A stretch of 63,307 nucleotides of DNA, filler included, from Craspedostauros australis (taxonomy: Eukaryota): assembly GCA_030167865.1 (NCBI GenBank). It is 11 parts of 11 records of this genome, joined end to end, with 100 filler letters (N's around TTAATTAATTAA, not from the genome) between each part and the next. Parts side by side here need not be neighbours in the genome. Positions count along the whole stretch, not along the records: positions 9,155 to 35,675 come from JALAGF010006310.1; positions 35,776 to 37,682 come from JALAGF010006312.1; positions 37,783 to 39,075 come from JALAGF010006313.1; 8 more parts are not named here. One strand, given 5' to 3'. This document shows, one piece after another, positions 25,149 to 37,784 of the stretch (position 1 is the first letter of the stretch; every line of letters starts with the position of its first letter). A model generated the notes under the pieces. It searched no databases. It worked only from the letters and a program-made list of their open reading frames with translations, and was not told the origin of the DNA. Made by a program: the position numbers and the translations under genes.

Positions 25149-25395
25149 TTAGGGTTAGGGTTAGGGTTTACAGTAACCTGTAAGCTTAATTGTCCCACCG
25201 TGTTATTTCGAAAAGTGACATTTCAACGCAATCGAAGACTGGTGATCACAGCTACTGACCTGTATCCATGCACTGTCATGTCAACACTGTTGAGCCTGTT
25301 GTATCCCATTATTCTTGTGTGATATTATGTGTCATGGTGTGCAGTGTCATAGTCACATGTGGCATACTGTGTTATCATGTGTGTTGTGGTGTGGC
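25149..25395 (+). repeat. ~230-bp direct repeat copy 1, starting with (TTAGGG)3 and a hairpin
   Basis: Aligns by eye with 35363-35605. Confidence 0.85.
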
Positions 25396-25815
25396 AGTGT
25401 GTGAGCACGTGGATGTGTGAGCACGTGGATGTGTGAGTATCACAGTTGATGGTGTTGACTTCCCCCTCCTCCCCCACAAGTCAGCCATTTCATGGGACTT
25501 GTGCCATCCTCCNNNNNNNNNNNNNNNNNNNTTCCCCCTCCTCCCCCACAAGTCAGCCATTTCATGGGACTTGTGCCATCCTCCAGTAGTTGGAATGGTG
25601 TTGACAGATAGTTCATTTGGTGTTGACGGTTGCATCACGGTCTCACATGTTGTTGTGTGTTGTGGCTGGTTGTACCGTGTGGCAGTGTGTGCGTGTGTGT
25701 GAGCATGTGGATGTGTGAGTATCACAGTTGATGGTGTTGACTTCCCCCTCCTCCCCCACAAGTCAGCCATTTCATGGGACTTGTGCCATCCTCCTGTAGT
25801 TGGAATGGTGTTGTT
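25396..25815. repeat. Second modular A/B/C tandem array
   Basis: Same modules as 23887-24406. Confidence 0.9.
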
Positions 25816-26171
25816 CCCCCTCCTCCCCCTCTTATATCCAACCCCATTCTCCTAATTTTGCATCTCGGACACACTCCAGGACAAGAACAAACTAAAAAAT
25901 ACGAACGAAAGGACAGACGCGCCGCAAAACAAAACAAAAACAAAACGAAAACAAAATCACCGGGAAATCACCACGACAATGATCACGTCAATGATCACCA
26001 GCAACTCTGGCCACACGTCAACAGTCATCACAACGTCTCACAGCATCGTCCATTCCCATCAATTGGTCCCTCGTGCAACACTCCAACATGCTCATTCAAC
26101 GCTGGAACGACTGCCTTCGCCTCCACACACACAAGCACAAAGCACTTGGGAAGGAACTGTGGTGGATATCA

Positions 26172-26283
26172 CCAGCATCGGCATCAGCACCATCATCAGC
26201 ATCATCATGAGCATCATCATCAGCATCATCATCAGCATCATCATCAGCATCATCATCAGCATCATCATCAGCATCATCATCAA
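26172..26283. repeat. (CATCATCATCAG)n microsatellite
   Basis: Directly visible 12-bp period. Confidence 0.95.
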
Positions 26284-28009
26284 TACGAACATGAACTGTT
26301 TTGTCAACACCAACAACAACGGTAGCAGCAGCAGCAAGCTCCAAACTGTCTCGAGCTCCAACCATGACAACGACAACAACGACAACGATGGCATGCAGCA
26401 ATTGCATCCTCCACCATGGCCTTGGCTCCAAAGCCACGAATAATTTCACTGCACGCTTGAGCCACTGTGGCTAAGGCTGCCACCGACGCCGAACTACACT
26501 TGGTACGTCCGGAGGTGCTGAAGCACCGTGCTTATCGTCACGTCCGCACTCCATCCATCATGCGTTGTGCTGCTTTGCCTTGCGCTGTGTTGCGTTGTAC
26601 TACAATTGAATAATTTCCCACACTGCACGTCATTTCTCACAAAGCTCTGTTGTGCTCGCTTTTCCTCTCATCGTCACACTGTCCCATTTCGCATCTCGCC
26701 TCTCCGTGCCACACCATCCACCCTTGCATTGTGCGAAATGAGGCATCCTTGTCAACAGCAAAGGCACAGCACATGACAGAGAACAATACGTATACTGTAA
26801 AATATACAGAATAGTGATCTCTTCGTATTCTACTCTATTCTACTCTATTTCACTCCTCTTGCCGGTTCTCCATTGCAATGGCTGAACAGACGCAAAGATC
26901 ATGATATCATCCACTGCAGCCATCAAACCAACATCGACCGCAACACTACACACAACAGCGACTTCAGCAACAGCACTGTCGCCAAGATGACTGACAATCT
27001 CTGCACCAACACCAATTCCAACAACAGCAGCAGCAGCAATCTCCAATGTGAATCCAATGTTGTTGGCAAGAATGGTGCACAGCATTGCAACCATATCAAT
27101 AGTCGTCTCGCCTCTGAAGCAACGATCGGCTTTATCGACTCTTTGCGCTGGATCGCGAGCAAAACGCAAGCATCCAAAACTGCCACAAGCGCACAATGGC
27201 TATGCAGACCCCTACTAATTGTACTAATTGTACCAACTGCACTACTGCACTCGTGTGCGACTACACGGCGCAGCAACAGATGCACAACCATAGATGTGTG
27301 CGTGTGTATCCAGCGACGGCCAATACGCTTTTCGAGACAGACACGACAAGGAAGGCATTACGCATGATCCGCGGATCGCCATTCAACTTGTCACGGTATG
27401 GTGGCAGCGGCGAGCATGCCATTGCATGAGAATAGAGTGCTGCACTTGCACTTTGCTGCAACAATGATGGCAACAATGGTGTTGATGTCAATGCAGATGC
27501 AGTCAACAAGGCAGCTGAGTTCAGTTCCATGGTGTGATTAGAAACAGGTCGAATAGATGGTATCAACGTGTGGTACTGATGGATGACCCATGCATCCATT
27601 GCTGTGGCATCCACAGTGGATCGGTGTTGTTGCTGTTGCTGATGCTGCTGTTGCACTTCGCATTCCGTCCGCTGCGTCTGTCGCAGCAACTGATCGGTGC
27701 CAAACAACATGCGCCATCATGCTGATCAACGTACGTATCCATCATGGGCAGCCCATCATGGGCAGCCCATCACCATGTTTGTATTGCGAATAATGCTGCA
27801 TCGGAATATGCCAGCAGACCTTCAAAATACAAATTGCACCATCGTGCTCGTGACCCTCCAATTGGTCCGTCCATGGCAACGCGCATAGCCACGCGCATAG
27901 CCACGCGCACATTTTCGACGCGAAACACGCATTGTACCACAGCTGATGTACAATGGCGTGCAAACAAGGATGTCCCTATAGCACCTACACTAAATCCGAC
28001 CGTTAAATC

Positions 28010-28772
28010 GTGACCGCCACCTCCCAATTAGTCTATCCACACTGACGCGCGCATTTATGATCACATATCCAGAGCACGAGTGGCTGGTATGTGTGGTATG
28101 CGAAAAATACGTGGAGAAATTCAGAAATGCAGAGATGATCATGTTCTCGGTGTCACAGAACAATACCGATTGCTCCACCGTGTTCGCCACCTCCAAATTA
28201 CTCTATCTGTACTAACATGAGCAGTTACGATTACATATCCAGAGCACGAGTGGCTGGTATGTGTGGTGTGTGACAAATACGTGGAAAAATTCAGAAATGC
28301 AGAGATGATCATGTTCTCGGCGTCACAGAGCAATTACAGTTGCTCCACCGTGTTCGCCACCTCCCAATTAGTCTATCCACACTGACGCGCGCATTTATGA
28401 TCACATATCCAGAGCACGAGTGGCTGGTATGTGTGGTATGCGACAAATACGTGGAGAAATTCAGAAATGCAGAGATGATCATGTTCTCGGTGTCACAGAA
28501 CAATACCGATTGCTCCATCGGGACCGCCACCTCCAAATTACTCTATCTGTACTAACACGAGCAGTTACGATTACATATCCAGAGCACGAGTGGCTGGTAT
28601 GTGTGGTATGTGACAAATACGTGGAGAAATTCAGAAATGCAGAGATGATCATGTTCTCGGTGTCACAGAACAATACCGATTGCTCCATCGTGACCGCCAC
28701 CTCCCAATTAGTCTATCCGCACTAACATGCGCAACTGCGAGTACATATCCAGAGCACGAGTGGCTGGTATGT
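28010..28772. repeat. 170-bp tandem repeat, ~4.5 copies, alternating two variants
   Basis: CGCCACCTCC recurs at 28015, 28185, 28355, 28525, 28695. Confidence 0.95.
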
Positions 28773-29699
28773 ACGTCAAAAAAGCACTTTCGACGATAAC
28801 TCAAGACTGAGACATGTTCAGAGCACGGCGATATCGGCGCTGAAGTCGCGCTCGCCGTTTTAGTCGGTTGTACGTGTTAGATGCGAAATCCCACATGAGG
28901 CAAGGAAGCACCCATTCCAGTACTTTTTGCACGGTGGACGACGTAGCCACAATTGGGAGTGATGAATGACATTCCCGGACCTCCCAGAGCTCATGACGTC
29001 GCACACGACAAAGGCTGTTATTGATCGGACATGCCAAAGATGTTTCCAAGCCATTGGCGTTTCAATTAAATTAATTAAAAAACAAGCGTGCGTGAGTACC
29101 GTTCAGACGAAGTTCCTCCGTGTCACGCACGAACTCACAATGACCTGTGATTCACACTGACATTCGTTGAGGATCGCCAACGTTAAGTTCGCGTGCTCAC
29201 AATTTCTCCTTTGGTGATGTGTGACAACAACGATTTCGCTTTCGCGGTTCTCCATGATTATGTACGGATGTGACGCCGTTGTTCGTCGCACGGACACCGT
29301 GACTCACAACACTTATCGGCGGCGGGTTCTGACAGTTCTCTTTGTGTCGCGACGACAAACGGCGAATTGAATCAACAGCTTACTGGCTACCGTTATAATA
29401 GACGTTATAATCAATCAGACTGGTCGTACTTTCGACACGATCGACTTTGAAGCTCACTTTTGGATCACGTGAGTGCGGGGATGACCGTGATTCAATAACG
29501 GCAGTCGTTAAATTACGCATGACTGACTGGATTGAGTCGAGTGAGTCAAACATAAAACGGCAAAATAACGGTCGTTCGCGACTTAGCGCTAGCTCTTGTG
29601 TCACACCTGATCAACAAGTGTTGAGAAGTGGCCATCTCGCGTCCCAGGCTTGCGTGGTGTCACATAGGCCCTCCCCAACGTAGTCGAGTGGCCAAGAAT

Positions 29700-32600
29700 C
29701 AGCGGGGTGCTCGTTGTGGCCTTTGTTTTGCATATGTCAGTGGCAGTGAGAATACCTGTGAAATGGCGAATGTTTGTGCGTACCAACCAGCACCATGGAT
29801 CAGCCAGTCTGATGTGCAATGCTTGTATCATGTACATAAACATTCATGGAGAGTGTGTGCATTTGTTCTTTGTGTGAGATATGCTCGTTGTGGCCTTTGT
29901 TTTGCCTGTGGAGAGACAGTGAGAATGCGCGTGCAGTAGTGAATATCTGTGCGTACCAACAAGCATCATGGAGCAGCCAGTCCAATGTGAAACGCTTGCA
30001 CAATGTCCAGAGACGTCGATGGAGTGTGTTTGTATTGTTAGTTGTGCGAGTATTATAGTTGATTGTGTTGAGAGGGGGACTGGCAGTGGCTGCATTGGTG
30101 AAATCTGTGATCCATCATGGTCCTTCATTGATTGTGTCAAAGATCATCATGGAGTAGCTCAACTAGTGTGCCACTCGCCTACCATGTCCAGAGGAATCCG
30201 CAGACTGTGTGATCATTGATGGTTGTGTGATAGATGCTGTTGACGGTGTTGAGAGAGGGACCAGAAGGGACTGCATTGGTGAGGCTTCGGGATCTATCAT
30301 GGCCAATCTTTGAATGTGTTAACGAGCACGATGGAGTAGCTGCCCATATGTACCATGCTTGGACCATGTCTAAGGGGCTGCGGGATGTGTGTTTGTGTTG
30401 TGGGATGTGTGATAGATGCTGTTGATGATGCTGAGGGGGAGGCCGGCAGTGACTGCATTGGTGAGATCTGTGATCCATCATGGTCATCCATTGAGTGTGC
30501 TAACGAGCATCATGGAGTATCTGACCGTAGGTGTTGCGGATGTATCATGTCATAGGGGATATGTGACGTGCGTATGCATTATGGGATGTGTGATAGATGC
30601 TGTTGATGATGCTGAGGGGGAGGCCAGAAGTGACTGCATTGGTGAGATCTGCGATCCATCATGGTCATCCGTTGAGTGTGTTAACAAGCATCACTGAGTA
30701 GCTGTTCGCATGTGCCACTCTTGCGTCGTGCCCAGGGGTGTGCAGGTTTTTACGTGACCGGAGGTGTTGGGGGGTGAAACCTGTCTGTTCCGAAAAAAAT
30801 TATGACTGTGCGGAGCGGTCATTTGCTCAACAAGGATCCTACTCGTTGTTTGTGCGGTATCGTCTGTCCATCGACACTCTTTGCTCTGATTCGGCCAGAT
30901 TCGGGAATTGGCACTAAATCTGCAAAAGGGGGCTATGCAACGTGTGAATGCGATTTGTGGGAAGTGTGAGTATTGTAGTTGATGGTGTCGAGAGCGAGCG
31001 TGGCAGTGACTGCAGCTGTGAGACTCAACAATACGCTATGCTCAGCCTTTGATTGTGACAACGAGCATGATGGAATGGCAGGCTGCATGCGCCACGCTTG
31101 AGCCATGTCATGCAGGCTGTGCGATGTGTGTATGTGTTGTGGGATGTGAGAATATCGCACTTGATTGTTGTGTTGACAGAGAGAGAGAGAGACCATCAGT
31201 TGCTGCAGCTGTGGAATCCATGATCCACCATGGCCTATCTTTGAGTATCACAACGAGTGTCATGATGGAGCTGGCCTCATGTGCCGCGCTTGTACGACTT
31301 CTAGAGGGATGAGGGGATATGCATTTTGTTGTGGAATGTGCGATTTTCGCAGTTGATGGTGTTGAGGGGGCACACAACTCCAGATAGCATTTGAGGAGAC
31401 CCAGACAGGAACCACCACGGACAGATGGTGGAATGCTCGATACAGGCGCTGAAAGAAGAATTGGGGGTCCATCAGTCTCTGTTCGAATATCCATACGACA
31501 AGATGAGTCGTTGCGTCACTCACTGCTGGGTGGCTGGACTGTGGAAACAGCTGCAAGACACAGGTGTGATGATACATGAGACAACTGGAGGGTCACTGTT
31601 ACAGTGCAAAGGAGATGAACACCTGATGGATATCTGCCTGCGGCAGGGGTTCAAGGGATCCCAGCTGTATCACCTGAGCATGTGCCGGTTGCAGCTAGGG
31701 GTGAGCCGAATATTGGACATCTCCTCGGCGAGCGGGATCCGCAAAACAGCCGAAGCTCATGACGGGCTGTCTGCCCCCCAAATTCCCAGGGAATGGGCCC
31801 ACACTCCCCTGACAATTCTGGGCGGTTGGTGGAGAGAATGAAAGAAGTGGTGCAAGCGCATGTGCTACCAAGGCCTGAAGCTTCACTGAACCCTCGGGCT
31901 TTGGCACTCCGACGATGCTAGCTGGAGATGGTGGAAGTCCACACTGATGGACCACATCTACGATACAGCGAGGAGCCCAATACGGAAGTACAATCTGGTT
32001 AGGAGCTCACGGACGAGGGCCAGCGCATATCGCTCAGCGGAGACGGCTGAGGCCTTTCCAGACTAGTGCAGAGGTGTCAGTGACGACTACAGAGCGAGGG
32101 ACAACGTGGAACGGCCATGCAGGCCTTACCACGGAAGCTCCCTCGGTTCCCCTCTCCTATGACCCCATTGAAGAAGTGCAAGGCGACCTCACCCATGATT
32201 CAGAAGTGGCGTCCGCCCAGAGAGGGAACCTCTTGGTGATGAGCAACAGGTCTTTCAAGGAGTCCCAAGGCACGTCTGCTTCCATCATGTATGACACGGC
32301 TTCGAAGCACCAGCTATGTTGCCACACCTTCGTCCCAGGGCCGAGCGACGTACACAGGGCCTACCGCAGCAAGCTGGCGGGGATATGGGCCTCCCTTTCC
32401 ATGGTTGAGGCGCTTGGCGGCCTTGACAGCTGGTGCACCATTACTCTGGCACTCAACGGTAGTCAGGCCCTGCAGCAATCTCAAGAATACCGGCTGCGGC
32501 CCACCCAACGAGACTGGGACCTGCCTATGGCGACACAACGGCTGCGACACAGTACTCTGGCTACCCTCAAATGGGAGTGGGTGAGGAGCCACCAGGACGA

Positions 32601-35340
32601 CACAGGCAAGGACCTCTTGACTCTGGAGGAGCTGAATGTTGTTGCTGATCACAAAGCAAAGGAACACTGAGAGCGCACCAGACGGCAGCAGCACGTCCGT
32701 CAATGAACATGTGCACCAATCGATGGACGATCTTACTGTACCGACGGCATCCCTCGCACGTGGATTCAGCCGCTATGAATGCCCTGCTCCAGTCCTCTTC
32801 AGCCGCTGAATATTGGGCGTCGAAGTTCCAAGAGAGCGAGGTGCAGGTGGCTCTTGTCGACTGGAAGTCGTACCAAGCCGCTCAATCGGCACTGAAGAAC
32901 CAGGACCTTGCCCAGTTCATCATGAAGTGGTTGTCGAGGTTCTTTGGGTTCAACAGGAAGCTCCACCAAACTGGGCAGAAAGAGATGGCTGCGTGCCAGT
33001 TCTGCTCCTGGGAGGAGACCACCCACCACATTCTGGAATGCCCAGAACATGTCGAAGCGCGGACACGAGCGAGAGAGGAGTTCCATGACCGCATGGTGAG
33101 AATCGGCACAAACCCACGAGTGATACAAGGGATTTGGCACAGGTGGGTGGAAATGCGCCGGCGCGCAGCCCAGAGCGACGCTCAGGGCATGATTGGCTGG
33201 CATCAATTCATCCTGGGGTTCTTGCATAAAGATTGGCAACGTCAATAGACAACTTGGATGACCAGCCATGAGTGTTGTTACCCGGACGAAGGCACGTGGG
33301 CGAAAGAGGTGATCAGGTGGATATAGAACGTCCCCTGGGAAGTCTGGAAGGCCTGCAACGATAAAGTTCACGATGAGGAGCAACGCCCATCCGTGGCAGA
33401 GTTCCGGCGATGGGTGAGGCGTTTGGTGTTGGGGGACCAGCCAGGATATGACGAAGGAGAAGCTCCATCTGCTCTGCGAGGGCAGGACGGTTGAGTTCAG
33501 CATGGAAGCACAGATGACGCAGTGGGTCCACTCCATGACTGCCGTTCATGCAGAAGTCAGGGCGCGACGCCGATCCAGGTCAATGCATGTCGAAAGGCGA
33601 TCAATGGCATCTTGGCTCAGGCTGGGTGAGTAAGGACGCTCTGAAAGCTCGCTCAAAGCTGGGCCCCATGAGGCCTGGTGGTAGTGAGGGTAAAACCTAT
33701 TGGCACATTTCTAATGTAATCTCTGAGTTATTATTATTGTTGGGGGGGGGGGGNNNNNNNNNNNNNNNNNNNNNNNNNNNNNNNNNNNNNNNNNNNNNNN
33801 NNNGCAACTGTGAGACTCAGCAACGCGCTATGCTCAGCCTTTTGAGTGTGTGTACAAGCATCATGGAGTAGCTGGCCATATGCGTCACGCTTGTGTCATG
33901 TCATTCGGGCTATGCTGGGTATGTGTATGCGTCATCGAATGTCTCACTATCATGGTTGATGATGGTGAGAGCGGGACTGGAAGTGATTGCAGCTGTGAGA
34001 ATTGTGATTCATCACGGTCCATCCTTGAGTGTGACAATGGGCATCACTGAGTAGCCTCCCGCATGTGTTGCGGCTATGCCATGCCATGCAGCCTGTACAA
34101 GGTATGTGTATGCGTCATGGAATGTGTGACTGCAACAGTTGTTGGTGTTGAGAGTGGACCTGGTATTGGCTGCAACTGTGAGACTGAACGAGCAATCATG
34201 GTCCTCCATTGACTGTGGCAACTAGCATCATGGAGTAGCCAACCACATGTGCTATGGATGTACCATACCCAGAGGGCTGATAGGTATGCGTATGCAGTGT
34301 AGTATGTGTGATGAATGTTGTTGATGGCTTTGAGAGCGAGACTGAAGTTGACTGCAGCAGTGCGACTCAACAATGCGGTATGCTAACCCTTTGATTGCGA
34401 CAACAAGCATCATGGAGTGGCCGGTCGCACGCACCATGCTTGATCCATGTCATGCTGGCTGTGCGATGCGTGTATGCGTCGTGGGATGTGTGATACATGC
34501 TATTGATGATTCTGAAATGGGGACCAGCAGCGACCGCAACAGAGAGATATCATGATCCACCAGGACCAATCTTTGAGTGTGTTAAGAAGCATCATGAAGT
34601 ATCTGGCCGCACATGCCATGCTTGAGCCATACCCAGGGGTCTGTGAGGTATGATCATGCGTTGTGGGATGCGTGATAGATGCTATTGATGGTGTTCAGAG
34701 GGGGCCATCACTGACTGCGGCTGTGAGATTTGGTTGTCCATCATGGTCAGCTGTTGATTGTGATAACTATGATCATGGAGTAGCTGACAACCTGCACCAC
34801 ACTTAATCCATGTGATGTGGGTTGTGCGATGTGTGCATGCGCTGTGAGATGGGTGACTATTGCAGTTGATGGTGTTGAGAGAGGGGGACTGGCAGTGACT
34901 GCATCTGTGAGACTTGGATATTGATAATGGTTTATGTTTGAGTGTGACAGTGATTATCACAGTGAAGCCAGGAGTATGTGCAATGCTCATGCGATGTCAT
35001 GCATGCTATGGGACGTGTGTATGCATTGTGGGATTTGTGAGTATCGCAGTTGGTGTTGAGAGGTGGGCCATAAGTGATTGCATGTGTGAGACTTCGTGAT
35101 CCACCATGGTCTATCGTGTGGTGTGACAACGAGCATCATGGAGTAGCCAGCTGCATGTGTCACATTTGTATCATGTTAAGGGGGTTCTGAAGTGTATGTA
35201 TGCGTTGTGAGACGTGCGAATGTTGCTTGTTGGCGGTGATGAGAGAAGCAACAGAGGTGACTGCAAGTGAGAAACGTCGTGATCTGTCATTGTCCATTTG
35301 TGAGTGTGACAATCAGCATCATGGAGTAGCCGACCATATG
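29700..35340. repeat. Degenerate ~181-bp satellite array, interrupted by a LINE
   Basis: GCATCATGGAGTAGC-like motif recurs with ~181-bp spacing (~29963, 30144, 30325, 30506, 30687 ... 33857, 34223, 34405, 34587, 35131, 35314); TG/CA-rich. Confidence 0.8.
31371..33748 (+). mobile_element. 5'-truncated, decayed non-LTR retrotransposon with RNase H and C-terminal zinc finger (Ambal-like)
   Basis: 'LSMCRLQLGVSRILDISSASG'; RNase H 'MSNRSFK...AYRSKLAGI...WEWVRSHQDD...LNVVADHKAK'; CCHC 'CQFCSWEETTHHILEC'; 'AQGMIGWHQFILG'; 3' (TTA)n tail; several stops. Confidence 0.8.
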
Positions 35341-35362
35341 TATTGGGGATGGTGCATGTAAT

Positions 35363-35596
35363 GTTAGGGTTAGGGTTTACAGTAACCTGTAACCTTAGGG
35401 TAACAACCGTGTTATTTCAAAAAGTGACAATTCAACGCAATCGAAGCCTAGTGCTCACAGCAGCTCATCTGTATCCAAGCACTGTCATGTCGACACTGTT
35501 GAGCGTGTTGTATCCCATATTCTTGTGTGATATAATGTGTCATGGTGTGCAGTGTCATAGTCACATGTGGCATACTGTGTTATTGTGTGCATAGTG

Positions 35597-35605
<9 letters not shown>
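35363..35605 (+). repeat. ~230-bp direct repeat copy 2, starting with (TTAGGG)2 and followed by (TG)n to 35675
   Basis: Homologous to 25149-25395. Confidence 0.85.
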
Positions 35606-35675
<70 letters not shown>

Positions 35676-35776
35676 NNNNNNNNNNNNNNNNNNNNNNNNN
35701 NNNNNNNNNNNNNNNNNNNTTAATTAATTAANNNNNNNNNNNNNNNNNNNNNNNNNNNNNNNNNNNNNNNNNNNNG

Positions 35777-37380
35777 ATGGACGAGGCCATCTCGACTCAC
35801 ACCAGCATCAAGGCGCACAAAGTCCGTCCACTGCCATCAAGGACAATCTTTGTCTGCTCAGCAGACTTGAACATCTACAACCTCAGTCGCCAGCACTTTT
35901 GCTCTCCCTTCATCTCCAGCTCAATCCTCCATATCTTCAAACTTCGGCATGCAACACACACCTCACTGAAGAAGCTGCAGCTGCAGCATCTGCACCCAAG
36001 ACTTCAGGCTCACCTGCCTCACAATCCACATNGTCCACATTCAACACACCAACCCCTTGCACATCAGGCACGCCAGCTTCCAACACTGCAGCATCGAGCA
36101 CATCTGCCTCTGGTCCANCCACTACTGCCACATCCGCGTCGAATGCAGGTGCTTCCAGTAGAGCAGAGGCTGCAGACACATCAGCATTCACTGACGCATG
36201 CCTACCAGATGATAGCACAGCTGCACGCAAAAATAGAGGTAGCTCAGAGCACAGCAATCCTTCATNNNNNNNNNNNNNNNNNNNNNNNNNNNNNNNNNNN
36301 NNNNNNNNNNNNNNNNNNNNNNNNNNNNNNNNNNNNNNNNNNNNNNNNNNNNNNNNNNNNNNNNNNNNNNNNNNNNNNNNNNNNNNNNNNNNNNNNNNNN
36401 NNNNNNNNNNNNNNNNNNNNNNNNNNNNNNNNNNNNNNNNNNNNNNNNNNNNNNNNNNNNNNGCTTTGCAGGCATGGTTCATGAAGGCCTGGCATGGTAA
36501 ATCCTATGCCTACACACGTCTGGGACACGCAAACGAGGAACTACTGATGAGAGCAGCCATGGACTGCGAACATGTGGGTGGAATCAACACGACCATCAAG
36601 GCCGCATTTCATGCTGGCCTTGTCCGGAACAGATCAAAACCTACGTACGTGCCTCCATCGATTTCCTGAGCATTGTGGGGGATCCAACCAATGATGCACA
36701 CAATGAGGTATTCATTGTAGAGATGAAGACGAGAACAACTCAGAACACAAAAACTGAAAGGGGAGTCGCATCGGAAATGTGGAACGTTTGCACAATTTCC
36801 CAACTAGCACCCATCTATATCTGAATGCACAAGATGTAATGTATCGCTCACTCTTCCGGGCAGACGAAGAAATGATTCAGGTGCTTCACCATGCATATGT
36901 GTCTATGGTGTGAGAGGAGCTCTGNNNNNNNNNNNNNNNNNNNNNNNNNNNNNNNNNNNNNNNNNNNNNNNNNNNNNNNNNNNNNNNNNNNNNNNNNNNN
37001 NNNNNNNNNNNNNNNNNNNNNNNNNNNNNNNNNNNNNNNNNNNNNNNNNNNNNNNNNNNNNNNNNNNNNNNNNNNNNNNNNNNNNNNNNNNNNNNNNNNN
37101 NNNNNNNNNNNNNNNNNNNNNNNNNNNNNNNNNNNNNAGGTTTTCCCTTGGCCTCTTGCATCATTCTGAGAACGTTCCTGAAGATGTATCCCGTTTGCTC
37201 TTGGCGTTTGCCTTCCCCGAAATTCCAGAGGTAGATCAGCAATCATCCAAGACGCTCCATACAGAGTTTCTCAAGCTGAACCCAAAGACGAACAAGTGCT
37301 GCAGGGCAAGCAAGAACCTGCGGAACATCACAGGGGATGGTGTATTCCATCACAAGAAGACTTGACAAACCCACCACAAC
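35777..37380 (+). pseudogene. YqaJ/lambda-exonuclease-like PD-(D/E)XK nuclease remnant, probably transposon-borne
   Basis: 'RLGHANEE', then 'GLVRNRSK' / frameshift / 'YVRASIDFLSIVGD...IVEMKTR', then 'EMIQVLHHAYV'. Gapped and frameshifted. Confidence 0.55.
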
Positions 37381-37784
37381 ATNNNNNNNNNNNNNNNNNN
37401 NNNNNNNNNNNNNNNNNNNNNNNNNNNNNNNNNNNNNNNNNNNNNNNNNNNNNNNNNNNNNNNNNNNNNNNNNNNNNNNNNNNNNNNNNNNNNNNNTCCC
37501 CACTCATTGCAACAATCCATTGCATAGCAGTCGGTTGACAGCTACAAACCATGTTTGTGGCACTGCATTGATTGATTCACTACGCAACAGAGGCACAATC
37601 CGAGCGTGAAATTGAAGCAGGCCACACTGGCACCATCGAACATTATCCCAGCAGAGTAAATCATGAGTGAAGCCTGAACAAGNNNNNNNNNNNNNNNNNN
37701 NNNNNNNNNNNNNNNNNNNNNNNNNNTTAATTAATTAANNNNNNNNNNNNNNNNNNNNNNNNNNNNNNNNNNNNNNNNNNNNCT

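Noticed and set aside
25774..26449. Poly-His/Gln, poly-Ile or poly-Asp ORFs
   Set aside because: Translations of the CAT/CAG microsatellite.
28340..28725. Repeated CxxC-containing ORFs
   Set aside because: Products of a 170-bp unit not divisible by 3, so frames shift each copy.
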